Assembly (NCBI GenBank): GCA_963795145.1
Contig: CAWCGP010000008.1
Span: 160,370-224,369, forward strand
Direction of reading: 5' to 3'
DNA length: 64,000 nucleotides
From: an uncultured Actinomycetota bacterium
GTDB taxonomy: Bacteria; Actinomycetota; Actinomycetes; Actinomycetales; Cellulomonadaceae
The notes beneath the pieces are model-generated. The model was not told the DNA's origin, searched no databases, and was given only the letters and a program-made list of their open reading frames with translations. The stretch's first letter is position 1. Each line of letters starts with the position of its first letter. Below are positions 46,101 through 54,625 of this stretch, piece by piece. Position numbers and translations under genes: made by a program.

Positions 46101-46797
46101 TCGGTGCGCGGGATCGGCGACGACGTCGCCGCCGAGCTGGTCGCCGAGCGCACCCGCGGCGGGCCGTTCACCGACCTGCGTGACCTCGCCCGACGCGTCC
46201 GGCTCACCACCCCCCAGCTCGAGGCGCTCGCGACCGGCGGCGCGCTCGGCGGCATCCCCGGTCCGGACGGCCGCGGGGTCGACCGGCGCGACGCCCTGTG
46301 GGCGGCCGGTGCGCTCGCCCAGGAGGGCCCGGACACCCTGCCCGGGGTGTCCGTCGGGGTCGCCGCCCCCACGCTGCCCGGCATGAGCGACGTCGAGCTC
46401 GCGGTGGCGGACGTGTGGGCGACCGGGGTGTCGGCGGACTCCTACCCGACGCAGTACGTCCGCGACGGGCTGGACGCCGCGGGGGTGCTGCGGGTCGCGC
46501 AGGCGTTCGCGCACGAGGCGGGCCGCCGGGTCGCGGTGGCCGGGGTCGTGACCCACCGGCAGCGGCCGGGGACCGCCGGGGGAGTGACCTTCCTGTCGGT
46601 CGAGGACGAGACCGGGCTGCTCAACGTCGTGTGCACCGCCGGGCTGTGGCGACGGTTCCGGCGGGTCGCCCGGACGTCGCCGGCGCTGGTGGTCCGCGGG
46701 CAGGTCGAGCGGGCCGACGGCGCCACCAACCTCATCGCCGAGCACCTGGCACCGCTGTCGCTGCAGGGTCCCGACCAGGTCGCGCGACTTCCACTGA
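43137..46797 (+). CDS. dnaE2: Error-prone DNA polymerase DnaE2 (ImuC), many frameshifts
   Basis: [12 protein letters not shown]...[67 protein letters not shown] (PHP domain) ... [82 protein letters not shown] ... [57 protein letters not shown]...[89 protein letters not shown] ... C-terminal OB-fold ...[76 protein letters not shown]; after a frameshift it ends ...SRDFH* at 46797. Confidence 0.9.
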
Positions 46798-46873
46798 GCG
46801 CTGCGCCGGACCGCGAGATGCGGGCACCGCCCGGACGTCCACAGCGTGACGACGCGAGCGCCGAGGCGTCAGC

Positions 46874-48105
46874 TCACTCCTGGACCCGCGCGGCGTCGGC
46901 CGGCTCGATGAGGCTCTCCGGCTCGATCGGCGGGTCCATCCGGCGCAGCTTCGCGAACACCGCCCAGCCGACCGCGACGAGCGGCACCGAGATCACCGCA
47001 CCGAGGATGCCCGCGGTGATGGTGCCCGCAGTCACGACGAGCGCGATGACCACCGGGTGCAGCGACACCTGCTTGCCCATCACGAGCGGCTGGAGGATGT
47101 GGCCCTCGAACTGGCCGATGAGCGCGATGGCCACGCCCACGAGCAGCGCGCTGATCGGCCCGTTCGCGGCGAGCGCCACGACCATCGCGATGATCATCGC
47201 CGGCGGGCGCCCCGATCAGCGGGATGAAGGCGCCGATGAGGACGAGCACCGCGAGCGGTGCCGCGAGCGGGACCTTGAGCAGGAGGAGCACGACGAACGC
47301 CAGCAGGCCGTCGGTGACGGCGATGATCACCGTGCCGCGGGTGTAGCCGGAGAACGTGTACCAGCCCGGCCCCGGCCGCCGTCTGCCAGGTGTCCCGGAC
47401 CCGCGCGGGCAGCTGGTTGAGGAACCAGAGCCACATCTCGCGCCCGCGCGCCAGGAAGAACACCGAGCAGAACGTCGCCAGCGCGAGCGCCCCGAACACC
47501 TGCACCACCGACCCGGCGCTCGCGGCCGCCTGCGACGCGACCTCGCCGCCGTGCTCGACGACCCAGTCGCGGCCCTCGTCGATCCAGTCGTTGATCTGGT
47601 CGTTGGTGATCGTGACCGGCAGCGGACCGTTCTCGAGCAGGGCGATGATGTCGTCGATGCCGTCGGCGAACTGGCGCGAGAGGCTCTCCCACTGGCCGGC
47701 GACCGAGTACCCGACGTACGTCAGCATCCCGACCAGCACCAGGACGCCCAGCAGCAGGGCGAGCGCGGTCGAGAGCCCGCGGGGCATCACCCGGGACAGC
47801 ACGTCGACGAGCGGCCGCAGGACGGCGGTGAACACGAGTGCGATGAACACCGCGATGAAGACGAGCTGCACGCGCGACGTCGCGTAGAAGACGATGACGA
47901 CCGCCGCGACCACGACGAGCAGCCGCCAGGACATCCCCGCGAGCACCCGCAGCCAGTGCGGCGCGGTCTGCTCGTACCCCACGACCGACGGGTTGCGGCG
48001 CGCACCGGCGACGCGCCGGGCTGCCGGGCTGGCGGTCGCGAGGTGCCGCGTGGTGGCGGGGAGGCGCTCGGTCCCGGTGAAGGACGGCGCGTCCTGGTCG
48101 GTCAT
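46874..48105 (-). CDS. AI-2E family transporter (PerM/UPF0118), frameshifts
   Basis: ...WRLLVVVAAVVIVFYATSRVQLVFIAVFIALVFTAVLRPLVDVLSRVMPRGLSTALALLLGVLVLVGMLTYVGYSVAGQWESLSRQFADGIDDIIALLENGPLPVTITNDQINDWIDEGRDWVVEHGGEVASQAAASAGSVVQVFGALALATFCSVFFLARGREMWLWFLNQLPARVRDTWQ... C-terminal ...MIIAMVVALAANGPISALLVGVAIALIGQFEGHILQPLVMGKQVSLHPVVIALVVTAGTITAGILGAVISVPLVAVGWAVFAKLRRM. Confidence 0.7.
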
Positions 48106-48253
48106 GGTGACCCTCTTCACACTGGTGCTCGGGTGCCGTTCGGACACGTCTCGCGGCCAGTGTGCACCCCGGTCCGCGTGATCGCCCGGGCCCCGCACCG
48201 TGCTATCTTTACGGCCGCGCCTGACGGGGAGATGCTCCCTGAAAGGTCACCTC

Positions 48254-48336
48254 GTCCGGGTGGCGGAATGGCAGACGCGCTAGCTTGAGGTGCTAGTGCC
48301 CTAACGGGCGTGGGGGTTCAAGTCCCCCTCCGGACA
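48254..48336 (+). tRNA. tRNA-Leu (anticodon GAG, long variable arm), 83 nt
   Basis: GTCCGGGTGGCGGAATGGCAGACGCGCTAGCTTGAGGTGCTAGTGCCCTAACGGGCGTGGGGGTTCAAGTCCCCCTCCGGACA folds as a cloverleaf. Acceptor GTCCGGG/TCCGGAC, D-arm GG..AATGG, anticodon stem CTAGC/GCTAG with loop TTGAGGT (GAG), long variable arm TGCCCTAACGGGCGT, T-arm GGGGG-TTCAAGT-CCCCC, discriminator A. No CCA is encoded. Confidence 0.85.
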
Positions 48337-48355
48337 CTCGTTGAGACAGCGACGA

Positions 48356-48391
48356 CGAAGGCCCCCGACCCCGCCAGGTCGGGGGCCTTCG
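48356..48391. terminator. Strong GC hairpin (15-bp stem, 6-nt loop) 20 nt downstream of tRNA-Leu, between tRNA and the convergent VOC gene; candidate bidirectional terminator
   Basis: cgaaggcccccgacc-ccgcca-ggtcgggggccttcg is a perfect inverted repeat, followed by gacgttctg. Confidence 0.5.
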
Positions 48392-48398
48392 ACGTTCT

Positions 48399-48436
48399 GC
48401 CGTGCGTGCCGTGCCGTGCCGTGGCGTGCCGTGCGG
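48399..48436. repeat. Short heptamer-like (GCCGTGC)n tandem repeat, about 5-6 units
   Basis: ctgccgtgcgtgccgtgccgtgccgtggcgtgccgtgcggtg lies immediately 3' of the tRNA-associated hairpin. Confidence 0.45.
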
Positions 48437-48450
48437 TGACTGCGAGCCGG

Positions 48451-48867
48451 TCAGGCGGAGGGCGCCCCCTGACCGCCGTCGTCGGCGACCGGGCCGTTCC
48501 AGTCCACGAGCTGGAGCACCACGCCGTTCGGGTCCCGCACCTGGAAGGCCCGCTCGCCCCACTCCTCGACGGTGAGGGGCATCGTGATGACCACGCCCTC
48601 GGCCACGAGCCGGGCGAGCTCGCCCTCGAGGTCGTCGACGACGAACGCGAGGATGAGCCCGTCGGCCCGGGTGTCGCGCTGGTCGGCCGGCATCGTGGGC
48701 AGCCCGCGGCGCAGGAAGATGACGTTCGCGCCGGCGTCATCGCGCGCGAGCGAGGCGAATCCGTCCGCGGCCATCTGCACGGCGAAGCCGAAATGGTCGA
48801 CGAGGAAGCCCGTCGACGCCTCGACGTCGTCGACGAGGAGGGTGATCGCTGTCGCGGTGATCCTCAT
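48451..48867 (-). CDS. VOC (glyoxalase/bleomycin-resistance/dioxygenase) family protein, intact
   Basis: MRITATAITLLVDDVEASTGFLVDHFGFAVQMAADGFASLARDDAGANVIFLRRGLP...GLILAFVVDDLEGELARLVAEGVVITMPLTVEEWGERAFQVRDPNGVVLQLVDWNG. Confidence 0.7.
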   Translation of the reverse strand: MRITATAITLLVDDVEASTGFLVDHFGFAVQMAADGFASLARDDAGANVIFLRRGLPTMPADQRDTRADGLILAFVVDDLEGELARLVAEGVVITMPLTVEEWGERAFQVRDPNGVVLQLVDWNGPVADDGGQGAPSA

Positions 48868-49159
48868 GTCAGCCTCCGGTCGGTGGGTCGGCACGGTACG
48901 CCGGGCACGCTACGCCCGACCGGTGCGCGACCGGCGCGCGACCGGTGCGCGACCGGTCTCGAGCACCGACCGATGCCCGTCCCGGGCCCGACGGACGCCC
49001 GAGGTCGCCCGACGGGCGTCCCCGGAAGCCCGACGCGGACCCGGCCGGGCACCCAGGATGCCCACCCGTCGAAAGGCACTCGACTCCGCCGATCGCCCTC
49101 GTATCCTGAGCGGAACCGACCCGGCCAGCGACCGACCCGAACCCCTGGGAGCCCTGCCA

Positions 49160-49428
49160 TGAGCTACACCGCACCCGAGCCGGTCATCTCCGGCGTCCCA
49201 TATCCCGTCACCGGAGTGGGCGGCGGCACCGCGACCGCCCTCGAGGACTTCGTCGGCACGGTCGAGATCGAGATCGACAAGAACGGCGCCCCGTATGTGA
49301 TCGACGGCGAGGGACGCGTCCGCGACGACGCCGTGCGCGTCCACGAGAAGAACGGCAAGGGCGGCAAGGACCTGCGCGTGTGGCGGGTCTACACCGGGCC
49401 CGAGGGGTTCCTCGCCGAGACGGTCTGA
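49160..49428 (+). CDS. Small hypothetical protein (89 aa), intact; family not recognised
   Basis: MSYTAPEPVISGVPYPVTGVGGGTATALEDFVGTVEIEIDKNGAPYVIDGEGRVRDDAVRVHEKNGKGGKDLRVWRVYTGPEGFLAETV is an intact ORF in a frameshift-prone assembly with plausible composition. It was called on ORF integrity and context only. Confidence 0.4.
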
Positions 49429-49460
49429 TCGACGCGAGCGACCGCGTCCGGCGCCGGCGG

Positions 49461-49543
49461 GACCGCACGACCCGGGACCGCACGACCCGTCGGACCGCAC
49501 GACCCGTCGGACCGCACGACCCGTCGGACCGCACGACTCGCAG
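49461..49543. repeat. 17-bp tandem repeat (gaccgcacgacccgtcg) x5, apparently non-coding
   Basis: gaccgcacgacccgg / gaccgcacgacccgtcg x3 / gaccgcacgactcgcag. The period is not a multiple of 3, and the repeat lies between the 89-aa ORF stop (49428) and the next gene. Confidence 0.7.
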
Positions 49544-49554
49544 ACCATGACGCC

Positions 49555-49590
49555 CGAGGGCCCGACCGGAGACATCCGGTCGGGCCCTCG
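49555..49590. terminator. Perfect 15-bp stem / 6-nt loop hairpin immediately after the 17-bp repeat array
   Basis: cgagggcccgaccgg-agacat-ccggtcgggccctcg has no U-tract, but in Actinobacteria such hairpins frequently serve as intrinsic terminators. Confidence 0.45.
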
Positions 49591-49665
49591 TGCGCGTCGC
49601 CGTCGACCCGGCGACGACCCGGTCGACGTCAAGCAGGTCCCCGGAGCCTGTGCCACGCTCGGACG

Positions 49666-49896
49666 GTGATCCTCTTCTTCGGCACCCGCCGACGGACCCG
49701 CGTGCTCGGCGACGGCACCTTCCACTGCCCGTTCTGCTACCAGCCGAGGGCCTTCATCCGCTCCGAGACGCGCACCTGGGTGCACCTGTTCTGGATCCCG
49801 CTCATCCCGCTCGGCAGCGCCCAGGAGGAGGTGCGGTGCTCGGTGTGCGGCGGCCGGTGGGCACCCGAGGTGCTCCAGGTCGAGCCGCTGCGCTGA
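49666..49896 (+). CDS. Small zinc-ribbon (Cys4) protein, 76 aa, intact
   Basis: MILFFGTRRRTRVLGDGTFHCPFCYQPRAFIRSETRTWVHLFWIPLIPLGSAQEEVRCSVCGGRW has a CPxC...CxxC zinc-ribbon pattern and a hydrophobic segment. Confidence 0.55.
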   Translation: MILFFGTRRRTRVLGDGTFHCPFCYQPRAFIRSETRTWVHLFWIPLIPLGSAQEEVRCSVCGGRWAPEVLQVEPLR

Positions 49897-49899
49897 CCG

Positions 49900-50454
49900 T
49901 GCCGGCGCTCGGCGTCCCGCGGCTCGAGGCCGCGCGGTCGGTCCGCGCCGCGGCGCGCGAGCACGGCGACGACCGGCTCCCGCACGACAGCACCGACGTC
50001 GCCGCCCTCGCCGACGACGCCCTGCCCGGCTGGGTCGCTGCCCTCCTCGCCGACACCCGGGAGGGCTCCCCGCGGCCGGCGGGGTTCGTGCCGTCCACGC
50101 ACCCTGTGGTGGGTCGAGGGCAGCGAGTACCTCGGCCGCGTGCATCTCCGGCACCGGCTCACGCCGGCCCTGCGCGTGGAGGGCGGCCACCTCGGCTACC
50201 ACGTGGTGCCGACCTACCGCCGGCAGGGGCACGCGACGGCGATGCTCGCCGCCGCGCTACCGGTCGCCGCGGCGCTCGGCCCGGAGTGCCTGCTCCTCAC
50301 CTGCGACGTCGCGAACGTGGCCTCGAGCCGGGTGATCGAGCGGGCGGGCGGGCTGCTGCAGGACGGGCGCCGCTCCACGCTCCGCTTCTGGGTGCCGACG
50401 TCCCAAGGTGTGATGTCACCGAGGGCGCCGGCCGCCGGAGGGGCCGCGGAATAA
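49900..50454 (+). CDS. GNAT family acetyltransferase (frameshift)
   Basis: ...WWVEGSEYLGRVHLRHRLTPALRVEGGHLGYHVVPTYRRQGHATAMLAAALPVAAALGPECLLLTCDVANVASSRVIERAGGLLQDGRRSTLRFWVPT (GNAT motif A: R/Q-x-x-G-x-A). Confidence 0.55.
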   Translation, partial: CRRSASRGSRPRGRSAPRRASTATTGSRTTAPTSPPSPTTPCPAGSLPSSPTPGRAPRGRRGSCRPRTLWWVEGSEYLGRVHLRHRLTPALRVEGGHLGYHVVPTYRRQGHATAMLAAALPVAAALGPECLLLTCDVANVASSRVIERAGGLLQDGRRSTLRFWVPTSQGVMSPRAPAAGGAAE

Positions 50455-50455
50455 A

Positions 50456-50890
50456 CGGTGGATCGGACGCCTTGAACACCTCAGACTGCTGTCGTGCCCG
50501 TCGATGGGCAGGGTGTCGCGGCGAGAGCCGCGGTCACCGACAACTGAATGCAGTTCGGCGGTCCGCGCGGTGGTGCCAGCATCCCACCGCGGAAGGATCG
50601 GCCCGGTCGTGGAACGCGCCTCTCGTGAGAGGTGGACGGACGCGCACCGGGTGGCACGTCACCGACAGTCCCCAACAGGCCGGGGACGGTTCAAGCCGCG
50701 CGAGACAAGAACAAGCGGGCGCGGTGGGTGGTGACGCAAGCGATGCTGGCACAGACGGCGACGGCCCGGTGATCTCCTCGTGAGGTCACCGGGCCGTCGT
50801 GCTGTCGCCGTGCTTCCCGGGCGGACCACGCCGTCACCGGGTCCGCGGCGGGGCCGAACCGAGGCCCGGTCGTGGGCACGGCCCGCGGTC
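50456..50890. ncRNA. Candidate structured non-coding RNA / sRNA locus in a 435-bp convergent intergenic region (strand and exact ends unknown)
   Basis: The GC content is lower than the flanks. There are no protein-like ORFs in any frame despite the gene-dense context. At least seven local hairpins are present: tgccc-gtcgat-gggca; cgcggc-gaga-gccgcg with a GNRA loop; aactg-aatg-cagtt; cgcggtgg-tgccagcat-ccaccgcg; ctctc-gt-gagag; gtcccc-aacaggcc-ggggac; and a 13-bp perfect terminal hairpin gacggcccggtga-(13 nt)-tcaccgggccgtc at about 50752-50790. The conserved motifs of RNase P, tmRNA and SRP RNA are absent. Confidence 0.25.
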
Positions 50891-51674
50891 ATCGCGCCCA
50901 CCGCGCGGCGATCGCCGCGGTCTGCGCCACGTAGCCGCCGCCGAAGAGCACCGCATGCATCCCCACCGGGTACAGCTGGTGCAGGCTGCGCCGTCCTTCC
51001 CAGCCCCCGCGCAGCGGGTGCACCTCCCCGTACCCGGCGACGACATCGGCCAGGCCCGGGACGCCGAAGAGCGCGAGCATCGCCAGGTCCGTCTCCCGGT
51101 GCCCGCCGTGCGCCGCGGGGTCGACGAGCACAGCTCCCGATGCCGTCCAGAGCACGTTGCCGGACCACAGGTCGCCGTGGAGCCGGGCGGGGACGTCGTC
51201 GTCGTCGAGGTCCCCGGACCGCAGGCGCGCGACGACCCGGTCGAGGTCGGCGTCCAGTGCGGCGCTCAGCCGGTCCCGCGCCGCCAGCAGGTCGCGCAGC
51301 GGCTCGATCCGCAGCGCGGCCAGCGCCTCGCCCCAGCGCGCGTGCCGGCCGGCCCGCAGGGTCAGCGGCTCGTCGAGGGGTCCGAAGAACCCGTCCGCGT
51401 CCCACCCGGGCGGCGCGCAGCCGAAGCCGGGCGCGCCGGCGTCGTGCAGGCGGGCCAGTCCGCGCCCGAGCTCGCGCGCGTGCGCCGCGGTCGGTCGTGC
51501 GGGCTCCAGCCGCTCGAGCTCCAGGTGGTCGGGCCCGACGCCCAGCACGCGGACCACCGGGACCGCGTCGGCCTCGGCGAGCCACCGCAGCCCCGCGGCC
51601 TCGCACGCGAAGAAACCGGCGGGGGCGCCGCTGCGCTGCTTGCGGAACACCCCGGTCCCCGGTGCGGCGGTCAT
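50889..51674 (-). CDS. Fructosamine/ketosamine-3-kinase family protein, intact
   Basis: Intact 261-aa ORF MTAAPGTGVFRKQRSGAPAGFFACEAAGLRWLAEADAVPVVRVLGVGPDHLELERLEPARPTAAHARELGRGLARLHDAGAPGFG...RLHGDLWSGNVLWTASGAVLVDPAAHGGHRETDLAMLALFG...VLFGGGYVAQTAAIAARWA. Confidence 0.75.
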   Translation of the reverse strand: MTAAPGTGVFRKQRSGAPAGFFACEAAGLRWLAEADAVPVVRVLGVGPDHLELERLEPARPTAAHARELGRGLARLHDAGAPGFGCAPPGWDADGFFGPLDEPLTLRAGRHARWGEALAALRIEPLRDLLAARDRLSAALDADLDRVVARLRSGDLDDDDVPARLHGDLWSGNVLWTASGAVLVDPAAHGGHRETDLAMLALFGVPGLADVVAGYGEVHPLRGGWEGRRSLHQLYPVGMHAVLFGGGYVAQTAAIAARWAR

Positions 51675-51803
51675 GCCGCTCAGTCCACCACCGCCGCGGC
51701 ACCGGTCGCGCGCAGCGCGGCACCGAGCGGGAGGAGCGCCGCCCGGGAGGGGCACCGCCCGACGCGTCGCCGATGCGTCCCGACCGACCGGCACACTGGC
51801 CGC

Positions 51804-52778
51804 GTGCACATCGCGGACGCCCTGCGGCGCAACGTCGAGCACCATCCCGCGGGACCGGCCTGGCTCGCCGCGCTGCCGGACGTCCGTGAGCGGCTGGCCG
51901 CCCGCTGGGACCTCGTCGTCGGCGCACCGTTCACCACCGGGGTCGCCGCCTGGACGGCGCCGGCCCGCACGCGCAACGGCGTCGAGGTCGTGCTGAAGAT
52001 CTCGCTGCCGCACGAGGAGGCCCGTGGGGAGGGTGCGGCGCTGCGGCACTGGGCCGGGCGCGGCGCCGTGCGGCTGCTCGACGACGCCCCGGACGACTGG
52101 GCGCTGCTGCTCGAGCGGTGCCGGCCGGGGTCGGCCCTGGCGGTCGACCGGGCGACCGACGAGGACCGCCTGCGCGCCGGTGCCCGGGTGCTGGCCGCGC
52201 TGATGGGCGGCGCCGCCGGGCCGTCGGCCGGTGGGGCGCCGCCCGGGATCCGCGCGATGGCGGCGGCCTGCGCCCGCGGGGCCGACGTGCTGGTGCGCAC
52301 CGCCGAGGACGCGGCCCGGCACCCGGACGCCGGCGTGCCGGTCGACCGCGGCCTCGTCGACGCCGCCGCGGCCCTGCTCCGGGAGCTACCGGCGTCCGGC
52401 GCGCGGGACGTCGTCGTGCACGGTGACCTCAACCCGGGCAACGTCCTGCGTGCCGGCGCCGCACCCCGCGGTCGAGGCGGGGAGCGGATCCGGTGGCTCG
52501 CGATCGACCCGAAGCCGATGGTCGGGGACCCCGCGTACGACCCGTGGCCGCTGCTGTGCCAGGTCGGGACGCCGTTCGACGCCGCCGACCCGGTGACGAC
52601 CCTGCGAGCCCGGGCCGCGCTGGTCGCCGGCGAGGCGGACCTCGACCGGGACCGCGTGCTGGCGTGGTCGTTCGCCCGGTCCGTCCAGTCCGCCCACTGG
52701 TACGCCGCGGAGGGCCGGTGGCAGCCCGCGGCCGCCGAGCTCGTCCGGGCCCGGCTGTGGGGGCGCCTCGTCGTCTGA
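51804..52778 (+). CDS. Aminoglycoside phosphotransferase (APH)/choline-kinase-fold family protein, apparently intact
   Basis: ...WDLVVGAPFTTGVAAWTAPARTRNGVEVVLKISLPHEEARGEGAALRHWAGRGAVRLLDDAPDDWALLLERCRPGSAL...VVHGDLNPGNVLRA...WLAIDPKPMVGDPAYDPWPLLCQ (HGD...N and D-x-x motifs). A GTG start is assumed at 51804. Confidence 0.65.
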   Translation: MHIADALRRNVEHHPAGPAWLAALPDVRERLAARWDLVVGAPFTTGVAAWTAPARTRNGVEVVLKISLPHEEARGEGAALRHWAGRGAVRLLDDAPDDWALLLERCRPGSALAVDRATDEDRLRAGARVLAALMGGAAGPSAGGAPPGIRAMAAACARGADVLVRTAEDAARHPDAGVPVDRGLVDAAAALLRELPASGARDVVVHGDLNPGNVLRAGAAPRGRGGERIRWLAIDPKPMVGDPAYDPWPLLCQVGTPFDAADPVTTLRARAALVAGEADLDRDRVLAWSFARSVQSAHWYAAEGRWQPAAAELVRARLWGRLVV

Positions 52779-52880
52779 CGGCCCTGACCTCGGCGGTTGC
52801 CGTCCGGACAGGGCACGCTGTGAGCAGCGGCCGCGACCCGGCCCGCGGCACTGGCCGACACCCTGCCCCCGGAGCTCACC

Positions 52881-53998
52881 ATGCACATCGGCGTCCCGCG
52901 TGAGGTCAAGAACAACGAGCACCGGGTGGCCATCACCCCCGCCGGCGCCCACCAGCTCGTGGCGGCCGGCCACCGGGTGCTCGTCCAGCAGGGGGCCGGC
53001 GAGGGTTCCGCGGTGCCCGACGACGCCTACCGCGCGGCGGGCGCGGACCTCGCCGCGACCGCCGAGGAGGTCTGGGGCACCGCCGACCTCGTGTGCAAGG
53101 TCAAGGAGCCGGTCCCGGCGGAGTTCGGGCTGCTGCGCCGGGGCCAGGTGCTGTTCACCTACCTGCACCTGGCGGCCGATCGCGCGGCCACCGACGCGCT
53201 GCTCGCCGCGGGCACGACGTCCGTGGCGTACGAGACGGTCCAGCTGCACGGACGGGACGCTGCCCCTCCTCGCGCCGATGAGCGAGATCGCCGGGCGACT
53301 GTCGGTCCAGGTCGGGCGCGTCCCACCTCATGAAGAGCGCCGGGGGCGCCGGGGTCCTGCTCGGCGGCATCCCCGGGGTGCGGCCCGGCCGGGTCGTGGT
53401 GATCGGGGCGGGCGTCGCCGGGACGAACGCGACCGAGATCGCCGTCGGCATGCGTGCCGAGGTCACCGTGCTGGACCTCGCCCAGCCGAGGCTGCGGGCG
53501 ATCGACGCCGCGTTCGGGGGTCGGGTGCGGACCCTCGCCTCGAGCGCCTGGACGCTGGAGGAGGAGGTGGCCGACGCCGACCTGGTGATCGGCGCGGTCC
53601 TCGTCGCCGGTGCCCGAGCCCCGCGTCTGGTGAGCGACGAGCTCGTCGCCCGGATGCGTCCCGGCTCGGTGCTGGTCGACATCGCGGTCGACCAGGGCGG
53701 GTGCTTCGAGTCCACCCGCCCCACGACCCACGCCGACCCCACGTTCATGGTCCACGGGTCGGTGTTCTACTGCGTGGCGAACATGCCGGGCGCCGTCCCG
53801 GTGACGGCGACCCGCGCGCTGACGAACGCGACCCTGCCCTACCTGACCCGGCTCGCGTCGCTCGGCTGGCAGGACGCGCTGGGTGCCGACCCGGCGCTCG
53901 CGGCCGGCCTGACGACCCACGACGGCGCCCTGTACAACGCAGCGGTCGCGCGCGCCCACGGGCTCCCGGTGGCGAACGCCGCCGTCCTGCTGGGGTAG
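52881..53998 (+). CDS. ald: Alanine dehydrogenase (frameshifts about 53250-53330)
   Basis: MHIGVPREVKNNEHRVAITPAGAHQLVAAGHRVLVQQGAGEGSAVPDDAYRAAGADLAATAEEVWGTADLVCKVKEPVPAEFGLLRRGQVLFTYLHLAADRAATDALLAAGTTSVAYETVQL... VVVIGAGVAGTNATEIAVGMRAEVTVLDLAQPRLRAIDAAFGGRVRTLASSAWTLEEEVADADLVIGAVLVAGARAPRLVSDELVARMRPGSVLVDIAVDQGGCFESTRPTTHADPTFMVHGSVFYCVANMPGAVP. Confidence 0.85.
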
Positions 53999-54055
53999 GG
54001 GGACCCTGGGGACGACGCTGCCGGAGTGTCGGTGGCCCGGAGCATGCTGGCCCCA

Positions 54056-54603
54056 TGACCAGGACCCAGTACTACGTGGCGGCGAGCATCGACGGCTACA
54101 TCGCGGACCGTTCCGGTTCCCTCGACTGGCTGTTCCAGTTCAACGACGTGCCCGGCCTCCTCACCGACCACTACCGGTCCTTCCTCGCCGACGTCGGCGC
54201 GATCGCGATGGGCGCCGAGACCTACCGGTTCATGCTCGGCCAGGACATGGCGGAGTGGCCCTACCCCGACCAGCGGACCTGGGTCTTCACCCATCACGAG
54301 GACCTGCCGGTCGTCCCCGGCGCGGACGTCGTCCGCACGGGGGACGACGTGGCCGCGGTGCACGCGCAGATGGTCGAGGCGGCGGCCGGCCGGAACGTCT
54401 GGCTCGTCGGCGGTGGTGACCTCGTCGCGCAGTTCGCCGACCGCGGTCTGCTCGACGAGATCTGGCTCGGGGTCGCCCCGGTCGTCCTCGGTGGCGGCGT
54501 CCCGGTGCTCCCCGCCCGACTGCCGGGCGTCCTCGCGCTGACGGACATCACCCGCTTCGGCGACGCGTTCGTGGAGCTGCGCTACACGGTCCCGCACGCG
54601 TGA
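54056..54603 (+). CDS. Dihydrofolate reductase family protein (RibD C-terminal domain-like), intact
   Basis: Intact 182-aa ORF MTRTQYYVAASIDGYIADRSGSLDWLFQF...AIAMGAETYRFML...RNVWLVGGGDLVAQFADRGLLDEIWLGVAPVVLGGGVPVL. Confidence 0.75.
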
Positions 54604-54625
54604 GGGGCTCGCTCGGCACGGCAGG

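Noticed and set aside
50456-50890. Identification of the structured intergenic region as RNase P RNA, tmRNA, SRP RNA or a cobalamin riboswitch
   Set aside because: The diagnostic motifs (GGAAAGTCCGG; tmRNA 3' tRNA-like end with CCA context; GGUCCGGAAGGAAGCAGC; B12 box GCCACUG) are absent or only partially and disorderedly matched. It is kept only as an unclassified ncRNA candidate.
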